Shown in pieces: positions 1 through 13,406 of a DNA stretch of 64,000 bases. How positions within the stretch are numbered: position 1 is the first letter of the stretch; each line of letters starts with the position of its first letter. Origin of the DNA: the human T2T-CHM13v2.0 reference genome, Homo sapiens. Under the pieces are notes generated by a model. That model searched no databases, was not told where the DNA came from, and saw nothing but the letters and a program-made list of their open reading frames with translations. The position numbers and the translations under genes were made by a program. The stretch is taken from the NCBI RefSeq assembly GCF_009914755.1, contig NC_060936.1; one strand, given 5' to 3'.

Positions 1-237
1 CTCACTGCAAGCTCTGCCTCCCGGGTTCACGCCATTCTCTTGCCTTGGCCTCCCGAGTAGCTGGGACTACAGGTGCCCGCCACCACACCCGGCTAATTTT
101 TTTTCTTTTTTTATATTTTTAGTAGAGACGGAGTTTCAGGGTTTCACCATCATGGTCTCGATCTCCCGACCTCTTGATCCGCCTGCCTCGGCCTTCCAAA
201 GTGCTGGGATTACAGGCGTGAGCCACTGTGCCCAGCC
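1..237 (-). mobile_element. Alu SINE (AluY-like), 3' end cut by window edge
   Basis: Reverse Alu consensus (ctcactgcaagctc...gggttcacgccattctc...gatctcc...gtgagccactgtgcccagcc) with many CpGs retained. Confidence 0.95.
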
Positions 238-249
238 GAACAGTTTTTA

Positions 250-400
250 ATTTTGATTATGTTATACAAATCTTCACATGTAATAGAATTGCAAGAACTA
301 AATACACAATACACACACACATGAATAAGTGCATGTAAAACTAGTGAATCTGAAGAAACTGTGTATGTCTTACCTTGATTGATGGGCATCAATTTCTGTT
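250..400 (+). mobile_element. Ancient L1M (L1MC/L1ME-like) 3' UTR fragment
   Basis: aactaaatacac...atgaataagtgcatgtaaaactagtgaatctgaa resembles old L1 3' ends. Confidence 0.5.
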
Positions 401-862
401 TTAAACAACTAATAGTTTGCTTTCATCATTTTTGCTTTCATATAGTATTTTCTGATTATATAAATCTCCCTTTGAGCACCAGACAGCTATTTTATTAACC
501 AATTTTAATCTCCTGATAGTCTAAAGATAAAAATAATTGTATATACACAGCTCTTAACTTTTTTTTTTTTTTTGCTTTTGAGTAATGTTTCATGATTAAA
601 GCAATTCCTCATTGGACTCCAGAGAATTCTTTTATTGATCTATTTCAATCTAATGGTGGTTTAAAGATAAATAAGCTTGACTATAAAAAACTGTTTTGGA
701 GCAGAGAAGCTAGAAACTAGAGCACAGCCCTGATTGTCATATAGTTCTAAAGACTTGTTTATCACACTATGTTTAGAGGTACATTTCAATTAAAGATTGT
801 CAAATTTTGGAAGTTGAGCTTTTCCTAAAACATAGGTTCCCCAGAGCTTTCAGGGATCTATT

Positions 863-886
863 TTGTTGTTGTTGTTGTTGTTTGTT
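863..886. repeat. (GTT)n microsatellite
   Basis: ttgttgttgttgttgttgtttgttt. Confidence 0.9.
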
Positions 887-3289
887 TCTTTTCTTTTTCT
901 ACATAAATGCAAGGTATAACTACTTTTTAACTATAATTAATTTTCTTCAATCAAATTAGATTATGTAATTAAACTAAAATTAAAATAATGAAATAGAAGG
1001 TAAGACAATGCTATATGACTGTTTATTTTAAACCTTGTTTTAGCAAGATGAGTAATACATTAATAAATCCAACAACCTTGGTTGCTGTCACCGTGACCTG
1101 GACCCTCCTAGTCCACATCCTGAATCAGGATCTTGGACGTCACCCACAGTGGAAGCTGTGCCATGTGAGTGGAAAAAATGGAAACCACATTTTGATATTC
1201 AGTTCTGAGGAGGAAACTCTTTTGTCAAAAACAATTTGTTTCACAATTTTAATTTCAATTATCTACAGCCTGATAGCTAAAATGTGCTTTCCTTTTGTTT
1301 TGATTTGCTGAGGAAGCACAGATCAATCTACATGGCCACATGCACACAGCTGCCAAAACCGTTCCTTATAAAAAGGATAATTTCTACACAATGGGGAGAG
1401 CAAGTACATTTCCTGCCCCTCTCAAAATTATATCTGTCTACTTTGGCATAAGAAAATAATTCCCACCTTACTTTCCCAAATTAACATTAAATTTGTAATA
1501 GGTGAGCAAATTATATATTTAAATATCATGTATTATAAGACAAATAATTGAAATTTACCTTGATAGCAGTTTGGTTTTGCACAATTTTTTACACATAAAT
1601 ACATTTTATATATATATATCTTTTATATATATTATTGTTGTTTATAATAAACAATATTATAATAATAGAATATTGGTTGACTTCTTAAAACATTTAAGAA
1701 AAAAGAAAATCTTAAAAAATAATAAGCCAATTTTTATACAGCTTTTTATAGGTTTTTTGTTCGCAAAATAATGTGATAATATTTTATGTGGAAGACTTAT
1801 ATTCTTGCAATAACATTTACTAAAATTCTAAGTTCCATATACTTACAAAGCTTTTGACACTCAGGGAGATGTTATAAATAACATTAGACTAGATTCAAAA
1901 TTCTAAAGTTTAGAAAACCATTGTCAATGGTATATTTAACTTGTAAATCTTTTTCTTCAGAAACAAGTTTTAAAAAGCAACCTGCAACTCTTTATATTCA
2001 TATTTTGTTTAGTTTACTCAGTACATATTGATTGAGTGCTGAATTTTTTGTATGGACAAGTCTGTTCAGTACTACTGACACAGCAATAAACAAGAAAGAA
2101 ACTTCCTGCCCTCAGGTATCTTAGGACAAGTGGATGTAATAAAATGAAAAATATTAATTGCTATAGAAATACATTGATGTTCCTTTGTGCATTAAACTTT
2201 TTATCAAAGTGATTACATGTCATGGTTATTCTTCCCCTTCCCCCTTTCACTTACACATTAAATTGATCTGTTAAAATTGACTGTAAAATCTGTTAAAACA
2301 TAGGATTTTTTTAGATGATCCCTCTTTATAACACAGACAAAAGAAATAATATACAGAAGACAGTTCATAGAGTTCCTATTCTCTTCCCCATTCCTTTGTG
2401 ACACAGTCTGTTTCGAATACTAAGTATATATGTGTATATATACACAAAATATATGTATATACATACACTAAGTATATATATGCTCTAAGCTGACTTATTT
2501 ATACACTCCACTACAGGAATATTAATGGCTTTACAGGGTGCTGAGCCAGGCTCCACTAGGAATGTTCTGTAATATACAAAAGAGGCATCATATTGCCCTT
2601 TTTTTTTTTTTTAATTTTGAGTTCCCTAGAACTTCTGGCTCCAGCAATTCTAAGTAAGGTTTTATAGATGTGTACTAAGATCACCGTGCCTGCAGCCAAG
2701 ACAAACTGCAAGGATCCATGAAGAAGCCAGCTTGTCTCCCACCTTGTCCAACCTCCACCTTTCTTGTCCCATGACTCTGTCTCCCAACCTTTGTGAATAG
2801 TTGTGGCAAACCTGTGGGCAAGCCTAGAAGTCAGATATGTATAAAATAGTTTTTATTTCTATATTAACCTGTAATATTGATATAACCCTTCAAAGATAGT
2901 GCCAGATGAAACCTCTCATATCATCAAACTAACTTTGGTTTGCAGCCTATGCAGTTTACATGCTTACAGTGATTTGAATGGCTTGCTTGACAAGAATGGC
3001 AAAATCACATCCTTACCCTGTAACTCATTTTTACATTTCTTTTGATTAGAATTTTCCTGAGGGCAAAGACATGCCTTATTCATCACTTTAATATAAGAGA
3101 ATACAAAAGAAGAAATTAGAGTAGTAGTTAAGCAATTCGTATGTGTTGAATTATTTGTTGTTGACTACGTAACTACATTTTGTGTACATGGAAACAGGAT
3201 TGTGCCTTCAGGTGAACTCAGGGCAATTCTTTAATTAATGCATCAGAGTGAAGAGTTGCCAGGTTCACATATATGAAAGCAAGCTCACC

Positions 3290-3600
3290 CTTGAGATTCA
3301 GCTTAGGTATTAATTCCTCCAGAAATTATTCCCTGACCTTCCTTTCTCACTGGCCATACTGCTAACACCCTCTCTTGCCCTCAGAATTTAGTCCTTTTCT
3401 ATTCTCCCATAGTACTCTGTCATTACATTTAACAAATAGTTTGTAATTGTGAGTTGCAGTTTCACAACAGAGGATAAGCTCTTTGAGGGCAAGAAGTGTC
3501 TTTTATTCTTCTTTGTGGACTCATTACCAAGAATTCTGTAGTTAATTAATGTATCTCTATGCTTTGGAATGTTGCTTGAATGAATTGAATGAATGGATAA
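3290..3600 (+). mobile_element. L2 3' end relic
   Basis: taagctctttgagggcaag... ending in gaatgaattgaatgaatg. Confidence 0.6.
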
Positions 3601-4248
3601 GTGCATGAGATGGTCATTGATTTTGCCTGTACAGTCCTTTTAATCAAATAACACAACAAGCTCTACAGGATGGTTGTCATTCTACTGTCTCCAAGATGAT
3701 TTGCTTTCTGGAATGATTGTTTAACAGATAAAATGAATGTAAAACACTAAAGTTAAGGTTATTAATATAAAAGATTAATCACCAGAGCTAAAGCTAAAAT
3801 TTAAGATGGATTTAAAAAATGGGACAGGCAACACAGAAACATACTCAAAAAGACCTAAGTTGGAGTATGGGTCCTTCTATTGGTAAGACATCCTCAGGTA
3901 ATATACATAATTTTTAAAGCCTCAGTTTTTTTTTAGTAATGACTATTTCATAATATTGCTGTGAAATTATACATGTAGGTAAAGAGTTCCTAGTCCAATG
4001 TTTAACATATATTAAATACAACTATCTTTGATGTACTGTAAATATGGGCATTATGATTTCTAAGCAACAGTAACAAAGTGGACTAAAAGGAATGTTGTAA
4101 GATAATAGAAACACAAAGACTAATGAAATTTCATATGATAGAGTATATCAAAAAATAAACATAATTCATGGAGGAGGTAGCCATAGATGAAAGAGCCTGG
4201 AAGGTAATTTTATGGTGATGTAAATATATTTACAAAACAGCTGTGGCT

Positions 4249-4375
4249 GTGATGACCAAATATCCATATATGCCTGGGACAGACTCACTCTACGCTTCTT
4301 GGCTTACTCTATTAATAGCTCTGTTTCACTCTCATAATTGTCAGGGTTTAGACAGTAACTTGGATGGTTACTATA
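4249..4375 (-). mobile_element. MER94-like hAT-Blackjack DNA transposon relic
   Basis: tgaccaaa...tgcctgggacag...tattaatagc...tttcactctca...ggtttagac...atggttac follows MER94 reverse consensus. Confidence 0.55.
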
Positions 4376-5010
4376 TCATGGCTCATGTGCTAATCAGAAA
4401 AAGTTTTAAGAGGAACTTTTCCAAATACTTAATAAATACCACACAATGAAAATTTACAAAAGCATGTATAGGATGAGTTTTATGTTCAGTGTACAAAGAC
4501 CCAAGTTAATTAATATTTACATTTTTATTCTATCCAAGTAATTGAGCTGATCTGAAAGTAAGTGTCCTTTTAGCAATTCAGAAAGAATGTAACTTGATGG
4601 CGATGGAATTGGCAAGTGACTTCTCAGGGTTGCCTTTTTTACTTACTTTTATTTTTTATTTTGCCAGCTTCTGATAATTGGCTTCATATACGGTAATTTA
4701 GAAAAGGCTATTTTATGCTTTACCCTTATGATCCTAGATGCAGAAAGATGAAGAGATAATGAGAGGTGTTCACTGCCTTTCTTTCCCCCCTTTTTATAAA
4801 GGATAATATCCTTTCCAACAATTATTTGATAAAGGAAAAAATACTGATAGGAAATTCTTCTTTGTTGTCATTTACCAATTTTTTTGTTACCAAAACAAAA
4901 ACGGTAGTATTACTTCAAGTAATTTCTTTTTTAGCCAGCATCTAAAAAACAAACCAAAACAAACACAAAAAACTACGTTTTTATTTATAGATACAAAAAC
5001 TTTGCTATTA

Positions 5011-5146
5011 TGCCTGGTGTGATGGCATATGTCTGTCATCCCAGCTACTCAAGAGGCTGAGGCAGGGGGATTGCTTAAGCTCAGGAGTTGCAGACCAGCC
5101 TGGGCAAAATAGCCAGACTCCATCCCTGCAACCCTCCAAAAAAAAG
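5011..5146 (+). mobile_element. Free Alu monomer (FLAM-like)
   Basis: Single ~130-bp arm: cccagctactc..gaggctgaggcaggggga..caggagtt..gaccagcctgggcaa, then A run. Confidence 0.8.
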
Positions 5147-5577
5147 TAAGCTGACAAATGACAAAAAAAAAAAAGGAACGCAAATCATCTCCCTGTTTCA
5201 AAGTATTGTATAAACTTTTCTCACTATAAATGGTGAACAAAAAAAAGTATAAATAGTGATGAAGAAAGCAACATCAGATTATGTTAATGTACAGAGGAAT
5301 AGCCTTCTTAAACTATTATTTCTAGCAATAGAGATATGGATCACATTATCAGAAATTTGATGATTTTCAGATATTCTGAAATATCTGTTCTGATAATCAC
5401 AAATTATCAAAAATTTGTGATTAAAAGAGTTGAGAAGAATTGCTTGGTGAGTTATAAGTCCAAATTTCTCATTATTATCCCAAGAAAATGTAAAAAATTG
5501 AATAGTATTTAAAAAGACACTTTAATCTGTGATGATGGCTTCTTGCAGAGGGAAACTAATTGTGCAATATTAATGTG

Positions 5578-5786
5578 GTAACTCATATCTGTAAGTAGAA
5601 TTAAAATAATGCTAAAAGTTCAACATTGCCTTGTAGAAAATGTCCAGTAACTCATATCTGTAAGTAGAATTAAAATAATGCTAAAAGTTCAACATTGCCT
5701 TGTAGAAAATGTCCAGTAACCCATATCTGTAAGTAGAATTAAAATAATGCTAAAAGTTCAACATTGCCTTGTAGAAAATGTCCAGT
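5578..5786. repeat. Minisatellite, 69-bp unit x3
   Basis: Units start at 5578, 5647 and 5716; one substitution (T>C at 5721). Confidence 0.97.
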
Positions 5787-6003
5787 CAGTTTAAGTATAA
5801 AACTCAGTAAGATTACTGGTAATAATTACAGTTTCATTATATTGTGTCTAGTGTTAATATTTTAGATATTCAGACCATGTGAGATTATATCATTTTCATA
5901 GAAAAATACATTAACTTTGTCCTGATGTTTAATAATGAATTTGTTGGAAAATATTTTACTTTAAGAGTTTTTAATCAGTTGTATTAAAAGAAAAGAGAAA
6001 TTA

Positions 6004-6372
<369 letters not shown>

Positions 6373-6444
6373 TTAGATGTTTAACTTCTCTCATATGGCA
6401 GTTTAGATTTATGTTTATTGACCATTTTTAATCAAACTGCAACT

Positions 6445-8077
6445 CTGCTGATGGATAGGAAGAATCAATATCACGAAAATGGCCATATTGCCCAAAGCAA
6501 TTTGCAAATTCAGTGTTATTCCTATCAAACTACCATTGACATTCTTCACAGAACTAGAAAAAAACAGGGTTATAATTCATATGGAATAAAAAAAGAGTCT
6601 GAATAGCCAAGGCAATCCAAAACAAAAGTAACGAAGCTGGAGGCATCATGCTACCCAACTTCAAACTATACTACAGGGCTACAGAAACAAAAACAGCATG
6701 ACATGCGTGCAAAAACAAACACATAGACCAATGGAACAGATTAACCCAGAAATAAGGCCACACACCTAAAGCTGACAAAAACAAGCTTTCCATAAAGCTG
6801 ACAAAAACAAGCAATGGAGAAAAGGCTCCCTGTTCAATAAATGATGCTGGGATAACTGGCTAGCCATATGCAGAAGATTGAAGCTGCACTCCTTCCTTAC
6901 ACCATATACAAAAATCAACCCAAGATGGATTAAAGACTTAAATGTAAAACCCAAAACTATAAAAAACCCAAGAAACCAACCTAAGCAATACCATCCTGGA
7001 CATAGGAATGAGCAAAGATTTCATGACAAATCACAACAAATGCAATCACAACAAAACCCAAATTTGACAAATGAGATGTAATTAAACTTAAGCACTTCTG
7101 CACAACAAAAGAAACTAGCAACAGAATAAACAACCTACAGGATAAGATAAAATATTTGCAAACTATGCATCTAACAAAGGCCTGATATGTAGCATCTGTA
7201 GGAAAATTAAGCAAATTTACAAGAAAAAACAACTTCATTAAAAAGTGGGCAAAGGACATGAGCAGACACTTTTCAAAAGAAGACATACATGTGGCCAAGA
7301 AGCATATGAAAAAAAGCTCAATATCACTGATCATTAGAGAAAGGCAAATCAAAACCACAATAAGATACCATCTCACATCAGTCAGAATGGCTATTATTAT
7401 GAAAGAATAAAAAAAAAAACAGATGCTGGAGAGATTATGGAGAAATGGGAACACTTACGAATTAGTTCAGCTACTGTGGAAAGCAGTGTGTTGATTCCTC
7501 AAAGGGATAAACAGAACTACCATTTGACCCAACAATCCCAGTACTGGGTGTACACCCAGAGACATAAATCATTTTACGATAGAGACACATGCATGCAAAT
7601 GTTCATTGCAACACTATTCACAATAGCAAAAGACATGGCACAATATCAAAATCAACCTAGAGGCCCATCAATGACAGAATGGATAAAGAAAATGTGGTAC
7701 ATATTCACCATGGAATACTATGCAGCCATGAAAAAGAACGAGATCATGTCTTTTTCAATAACATGGATGAAGCTGGAGATTATTATCCTTAGCAAATTAA
7801 CACAGAAACATAAAATCAAATACTGCATGTTCTCACTTACAAGCGTGAGCTAAATGGTGAGAACTCATGAAAACAAAGAAGGGAACAACAGACACTGGGG
7901 TCTACTTGAGAGTAGAGGGTGTGAGGAGGGAGAGGAGCAGAAAAAATAACTATTGGGTACCAGGCTTAATACATTGGTGATGAAATAATTTGAACAACAA
8001 ACCCCTGTTACATGAATTTACCCGTATAACAAACCTGTGTATGTATTCCTGAACCTAAAATAAAAGTTAATAAAAAG
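6445..8077 (+). mobile_element. 5'-truncated L1 (older L1PA, approx. L1PA13-16), ORF2 3' part plus 3' UTR
   Basis: ORF2 C-terminal peptides (WIKKMWYIFTMEYYAAMKKNEIMSF; [18 protein letters not shown]); ends cctgaacctaaaataaaagtt; broken by stops and frameshifts. Confidence 0.93.
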
Positions 8078-8079
8078 AT

Positions 8080-8280
8080 TTCATAGCACTGTGTACCTTT
8101 TGCAACATTTATCACAGTTGGAAGTTGCCATTTGTTTGTGTAATTATTTCATTAATGTGTGTTTTCCTCAGTAGAGAGGACTACAAAAAAGCATGGATAG
8201 TATCAGGTTTTGCAGCTAGTACAGCCTGACATATAGTGTGGACTCAATAAATATTTGTTGAATGAATAAATGAATAAACT
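8080..8280 (+). mobile_element. L2 3' end relic
   Basis: ctcaataaatatttgttgaatgaataaatgaa terminal motif. Confidence 0.65.
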
Positions 8281-9644
8281 CTCGTGTACATGTTTTGTAC
8301 AGAAAGGAGAGTGTGGAATACAATACCTGCATGGTGAAACTAGGAAATTTTAATTACCTTTGAGTCCAGAGGTAAAGTGAAGGAGGAATAATGTACTGCT
8401 TCATATAAAATTCCAAAGTTGCCTGTGTAAGTAAGAATAGAAAAGTAACAAACACATAGAACAAAAAAATAACCTGTGACTTGAAGAGAATGATAGCCAT
8501 TCAGAATAATTTCTGTTATGTTCTGGGATAGAATAAAATTTTTCCTTTACAATCTGCTTATTATAACAGGTTCATCATATCTTCCATAAATCCTTTACAA
8601 GCTGACTGAGTTGCGACATTATCCCCAAATCCACCCAAAACAAATTGGTTTTTATATAGCCAACAATCTTTGAGTACAGCACTTCTCTACAAAAGTGGCT
8701 GTGTCTGTTTGTGCGTTATGGTTACCATGGTTAGGAAATATTCCCTGAGAATGGTCTTTAAAAAAATTAGCTATCAAATTCAGGTAAACAACTGTTTTAG
8801 AGCTGATAAGGCTGAGAAAGCAGATAACAGGCAGACATGTTGCCAATGACTACAACAGTCTCAGGAGATCTTGAATTTAATATTTTCAGAAAAGTAATTA
8901 AAATACCAGGAAGATCAACCTGTATGATGCATGCTAGAAATCCTGTTACAAGAAGAAAAAGCAGACCCCTTCCCAAAAAAGAAAATAAATTCAAAATTAT
9001 ATTCAAATATAATAAAAATTGCTGGATATATCAAAAGGAAGTTGAAAAGGAAGCTCAATGAATAAAGCAGAGTGATAATAAAGGAAAATAAGAGACAGTG
9101 GAGAGGAGACAGAAATTAGCAGGAGATAAAAGAAAGGAAATATTCATGTCATCAAAAGATTTCATATTACATTTTTAAAATACGTGATCATTTCCCATTA
9201 GTGATAGAATACAATTACGTTGTCAAGTACTCTAATTATGCCTTGATTAAATCAGTTCTACCCTTGTCTCAAGTGCAAAATTAATGACAAAATTCCACTT
9301 GCTATAAAATGAATGGTAAAAGATTTGTAAGAATTTTACAAAATATATAACTCAATATATTTTGAATGTGTGACTTTAAAAAAATTATAACAGATGCATT
9401 CTCTTTATTTTTATTTTGAAATTTATAGTCTTAATTGAGATATATATTTATAAATCAATACTTTATGTAATATAACGTAATCCCATGTTTTCCTCTAAGT
9501 ACAGTCATATTATTTACATACGCATGTATATATATATAATTTATTGTACATTGAATGTGTTTACAATTCCAAGGGTTTATTTTTTACCCTTAGATAGCTA
9601 ATATGTAGGCATCACTTGAGTCTTTATAATAAAGTTATATATAT

Positions 9645-10038
9645 TGTTATGAACTGAATTATGTTCACCCCAAATTCATGTGTTGAAGCCCTAACCCCAG
9701 ATGTGCCTCTGTTAAGATCTAGAGCCTTTAAGGAGGTAATTAAGGTTAAAGGAGGTCATGTAGGTGGGCCCCTAATCTGATAGAACAGAGATTCTTAGGA
9801 GAAGCAGAAGGAACACCAGAGATCTCTCTCTTCGGCACACACAAAGAGGAAAGGTAATGTGAAGGCACAGCAAGAAAGCTGCCACATAAAGGCCAGGAAG
9901 AGGGGGTCTTCCCAGAAACCAAATTTGTTGGCACCTTGATCTTGGACTTTTAGCCTTTAGAACTGTGAGAAAATAAATGTTTGTTTAAGCCACCTAGTCT
10001 AGAGCATTTTGTTATTGCAGCCCTAGCAGACTAATACA
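9645..10038 (+). mobile_element. MaLR solo LTR (MLT1A/B-like)
   Basis: tgttatgaactgaatt...gaactgtgagaaaataaa...gactaataca; TG...CA ends, ~390 bp. Confidence 0.85.
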
Positions 10039-11089
10039 CACATACCATTACATTTTATTTCACAAACACACTGGAAGTACAGCCCTTATTTTAAATTTAC
10101 AAAATTTAGCATAGATATATATACTTAACTAAAACAAATAAGTACATAAAATAAGTTCATTATTTGCAAATTTTTAACATATTTTTAAGTTAAATGATTA
10201 GTTTCTTTGATGAATCTCTGGTTCTTGCTGCTATGGACATATTTTCTATTATATTATTTTAAAGTTTTATATATATATATATAGCATACAAATATTTTCC
10301 CTCCTTTTGCCAATATCTTTGCAAAATTATTAAGGCAGAGCATCCAGGAGCAAGATAATTAAGGTTTATTAAGTATCTGCTATAACTGATAAATATTTTG
10401 CTTTAGAAATACAACAATTTATTACATACTAGGGAAATTATTACCTTTTACTCATTAGCAAAAAAATTTACGTATCTTTCTCATCTACCAATCAATCTAA
10501 AACTGACTCAGTATATGTCTGTGGATGATATATAATACAATTACCCATAGTAAGTGGGCCCTGATTCTACCTATTCCCTGTAGTGTTTACAATGGGCGTC
10601 TGAGTACATTGGAATATACAACACATGATTTTCAAACTGAATTTAAAATCCTAATTAAGATAAATACTAATCAGGAGTAATTTCAACTTTGCATTATTTA
10701 TCAGAATTGATAAGAAGAGACTCTTTGGGTAATGGTAATAATGATCCTCTCTCCAAAATAGGATTTTTAGTTACCAGGAAGATGGCTTTACAGATTGAAA
10801 CAAATATTGCTATATCTGTTAATATTCTTTTTTTTTCAATCATTCAAAAAGTAGCTCTTTGAAAGTTGATGTCTGTTCATGTGTTTACATGTCTTATCTC
10901 AACTGTTATTTCCTTAGGGAAGCTTTTCCTAATTTATCACACTACATATATTTTCCTCTTTCATAGCCCAATACAATGTCATTTCTTTACAATACTCTGT
11001 GTGCTGATGCTTAATTTATTGTTTTAATTATTTGTTTACTTATAATCTCAATTGTGAAATACATGAGAGCTGGCACCATGTCTGTTCAG

Positions 11090-11290
11090 TGTGTATATAT
11101 ATACATATATATGTATATATATTGTGTATATATATACATATATATGTATATATATTGTATATATTGTTATACATATATACATGTATATATACAATGTATG
11201 TATATATTGATATACATATATATCAATATATCTAAATCTTATAGATCTACCTTCATCTATATCTATAGCTCTCTATGTGTATATACACAC
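11090..11290. repeat. (TA)n-rich low-complexity tract
   Basis: Degenerate TA/TATG repeats. Confidence 0.9.
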
Positions 11291-11544
11291 GTAATTTACT
11301 TCCAACTGTTATCCAAGGACTTTGACAAAGTGGAAAGCTTTGAATATTTGCATCTAGCCAAAAACATCCTTCAATAATGTAAACCACTAGTATCAGAACT
11401 GGTCAGAACCAGAACTTGAAAGGCTCTAAAACAGATAGCATTGAAAGACTAGATCCTAAGAGTCATCAGCATATATATAAATGGTAATTCAAATAATGCA
11501 TGTATATGAGACCACCTAGGAAGAAAGAACAACGTAAAACAAAG

Positions 11545-11730
11545 CAACAGAGCATAGTTGTTAAAAACAAGGCCACTGCAATCAGAATATCTAGACTCAA
11601 ATCCTGACTCTACCACCAACTAGTTATATAAAACTAGTGAAGTTGGGGTTAATTTGGGGCAAATGATTGTACATTGATCACAGAATACTTGCAAGGATTA
11701 AATGTAATAACTAAGAGTAAGCATTCTACA
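11545..11730 (+). mobile_element. MIR relic
   Basis: gcatagttgttaaaa...ctcaaatcctgactctaccac...gcaaggattaaatg. Confidence 0.6.
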
Positions 11731-13406
11731 TATATTGACTCTTATTAGACTGTAAGAAAAAACAAAAAACTAGCACTAATTCCTTAAGGACTCCAAAACT
11801 GAAAGACAGAGAAAAGTGGAGAAGTTTTTACCTCTTATACAGTGAGAGGTAAGAGGTAAAACTTGAATAAATGATGCTAAGGAAGACAAATAAGGAGAGT
11901 GAATCTAGAGGGTATGTCTCTTAGCTCTTTGATGTCTTTCCAAGATTTACCCTCCAACCTCGAACAACTAAATCCAGACAAACTATACAAAAACAAAAAA
12001 ATGCCAGTTTTCAAGATACTGGAGATGAAACGAGAAAGGATAGTGATCCCTGTAAAGATGAAAAACAAATATAATAAGCCCTACCATGGTCCCCGCCTAC
12101 TGTTTTCAAAAAGATTCCAGACCAGTGAAAGGATAGGGAAGTCAAATAGATACCTACAGATTCCCTGGGATGAGGAGACAGGGCAAGAGTCTGAGAAGAT
12201 CAAGGTGGCTAGAATCACAGAACAGAGTAGCAAGGAAAAGAGAGCTGCACACAGAGAAAAGCCTAAAGATCTGCAGAGGCCTCCCTTGAATAGGGAGCAA
12301 AATATTCATCAGCATTTGCCAGTGAGAAAATTAGCAGAAGCTGGGGAATGATTCGCATCTTTTCTCATCAGCCAGACTGCGAAACCTCGTAAATCATGGA
12401 GCACTATAAAGAGTACTTAGAAATCTCTCTCCTGAATAATGTGACTATTTAGTTCAAAACTCTCATCCTGTCTCATCTTATCTGAAAAGCAAAAGAAAAA
12501 ATAACCTCTTTCCAACTAATTCGACTTTATACCACAACAAAGCTCAAGAATTTTTATGGGACTACAAATGTGCTTAGCTTCCAACAAGTTAGAATTTACA
12601 ATGTCTGGCATCCAATAAAAAATGACCATACATGCAAAGAAGCAGGAAAATTCAACCCATAGTAAGAAGAAAAATAAATCAATCAAATTGGGCACAGACG
12701 GACACAAATGTTATAATTGGCAGAGAAAAACATTAAAACATTATTATAACTATATTTCAAGGTTTAAAAAGCTACAGAAGAGATCAAAATGTTTAATAGA
12801 AACATAAAAAATATAAGAGACAGAAACCAAGCCTCTAGAGAGGAAAACTATAATGTCTGAGATGTGCTGGATGGGAATAACAGAGAATGAGATTTTGGGA
12901 GAGAAAAAAATAGTGAACTTGGACACTATCAATAGCAAATATCTAAAATACTTAAATATTCACAGAGAAAAAATACTTAAAACGATAAAAATATCATCAG
13001 GGAGCTGTGGGAGGCTTTAAAGTGTTCTAATATACACGTAACAGAAGAAGTAGAGCCAAGAAAAAAGTTTTAAAAATAATGGCCAAAATCTTTCCAAACT
13101 TTATGGACACTATAAGTACACATATCCAAGAAGCTCAATGAAATTTAAGCACAAGAAATATGATGAAAACTACACCAAGGCACATCATAATTAATTTGCT
13201 CAAAGCCAGTGATAAAGAGAAAATCTTAAAGACAGCCAGAGAAAAATAGGAATCATAAAAAGTTACGAAGGTAAGGAAACAATGAAAGCAAAACAGCACT
13301 GAAGCAACATCTTTAATGTACTGAAATTAAAAACAAAAATAAAAAAATTATCAATCAAAAATTCTACCAGGAAATAATATCTTCTAAGTATGAAGGCAAA
13401 ATATCA

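Noticed and set aside
2620-2830. GC-richer block with a possible - strand acceptor
   Set aside because: No convincing donor or recognisable peptide; may be an unrecognised old repeat
5578-5786. Possible CRISPR-like array
   Set aside because: Contiguous tandem copies with no unique spacers, in eukaryotic DNA
6981-7853. 157-aa and 138-aa ORFs
   Set aside because: Antisense and sense remnants of a decayed L1 ORF2
8570-8783. Possible exon or pseudogene fragment
   Set aside because: Weak splice signals, stops in the frames examined, no recognisable protein
11032-11377. Tyr/Ile-rich ORFs
   Set aside because: Translation of (TA)n low-complexity sequence
11899-12351. 150-aa ORF
   Set aside because: Lies in the A-rich 5' region of an ancient L1; no recognisable domain
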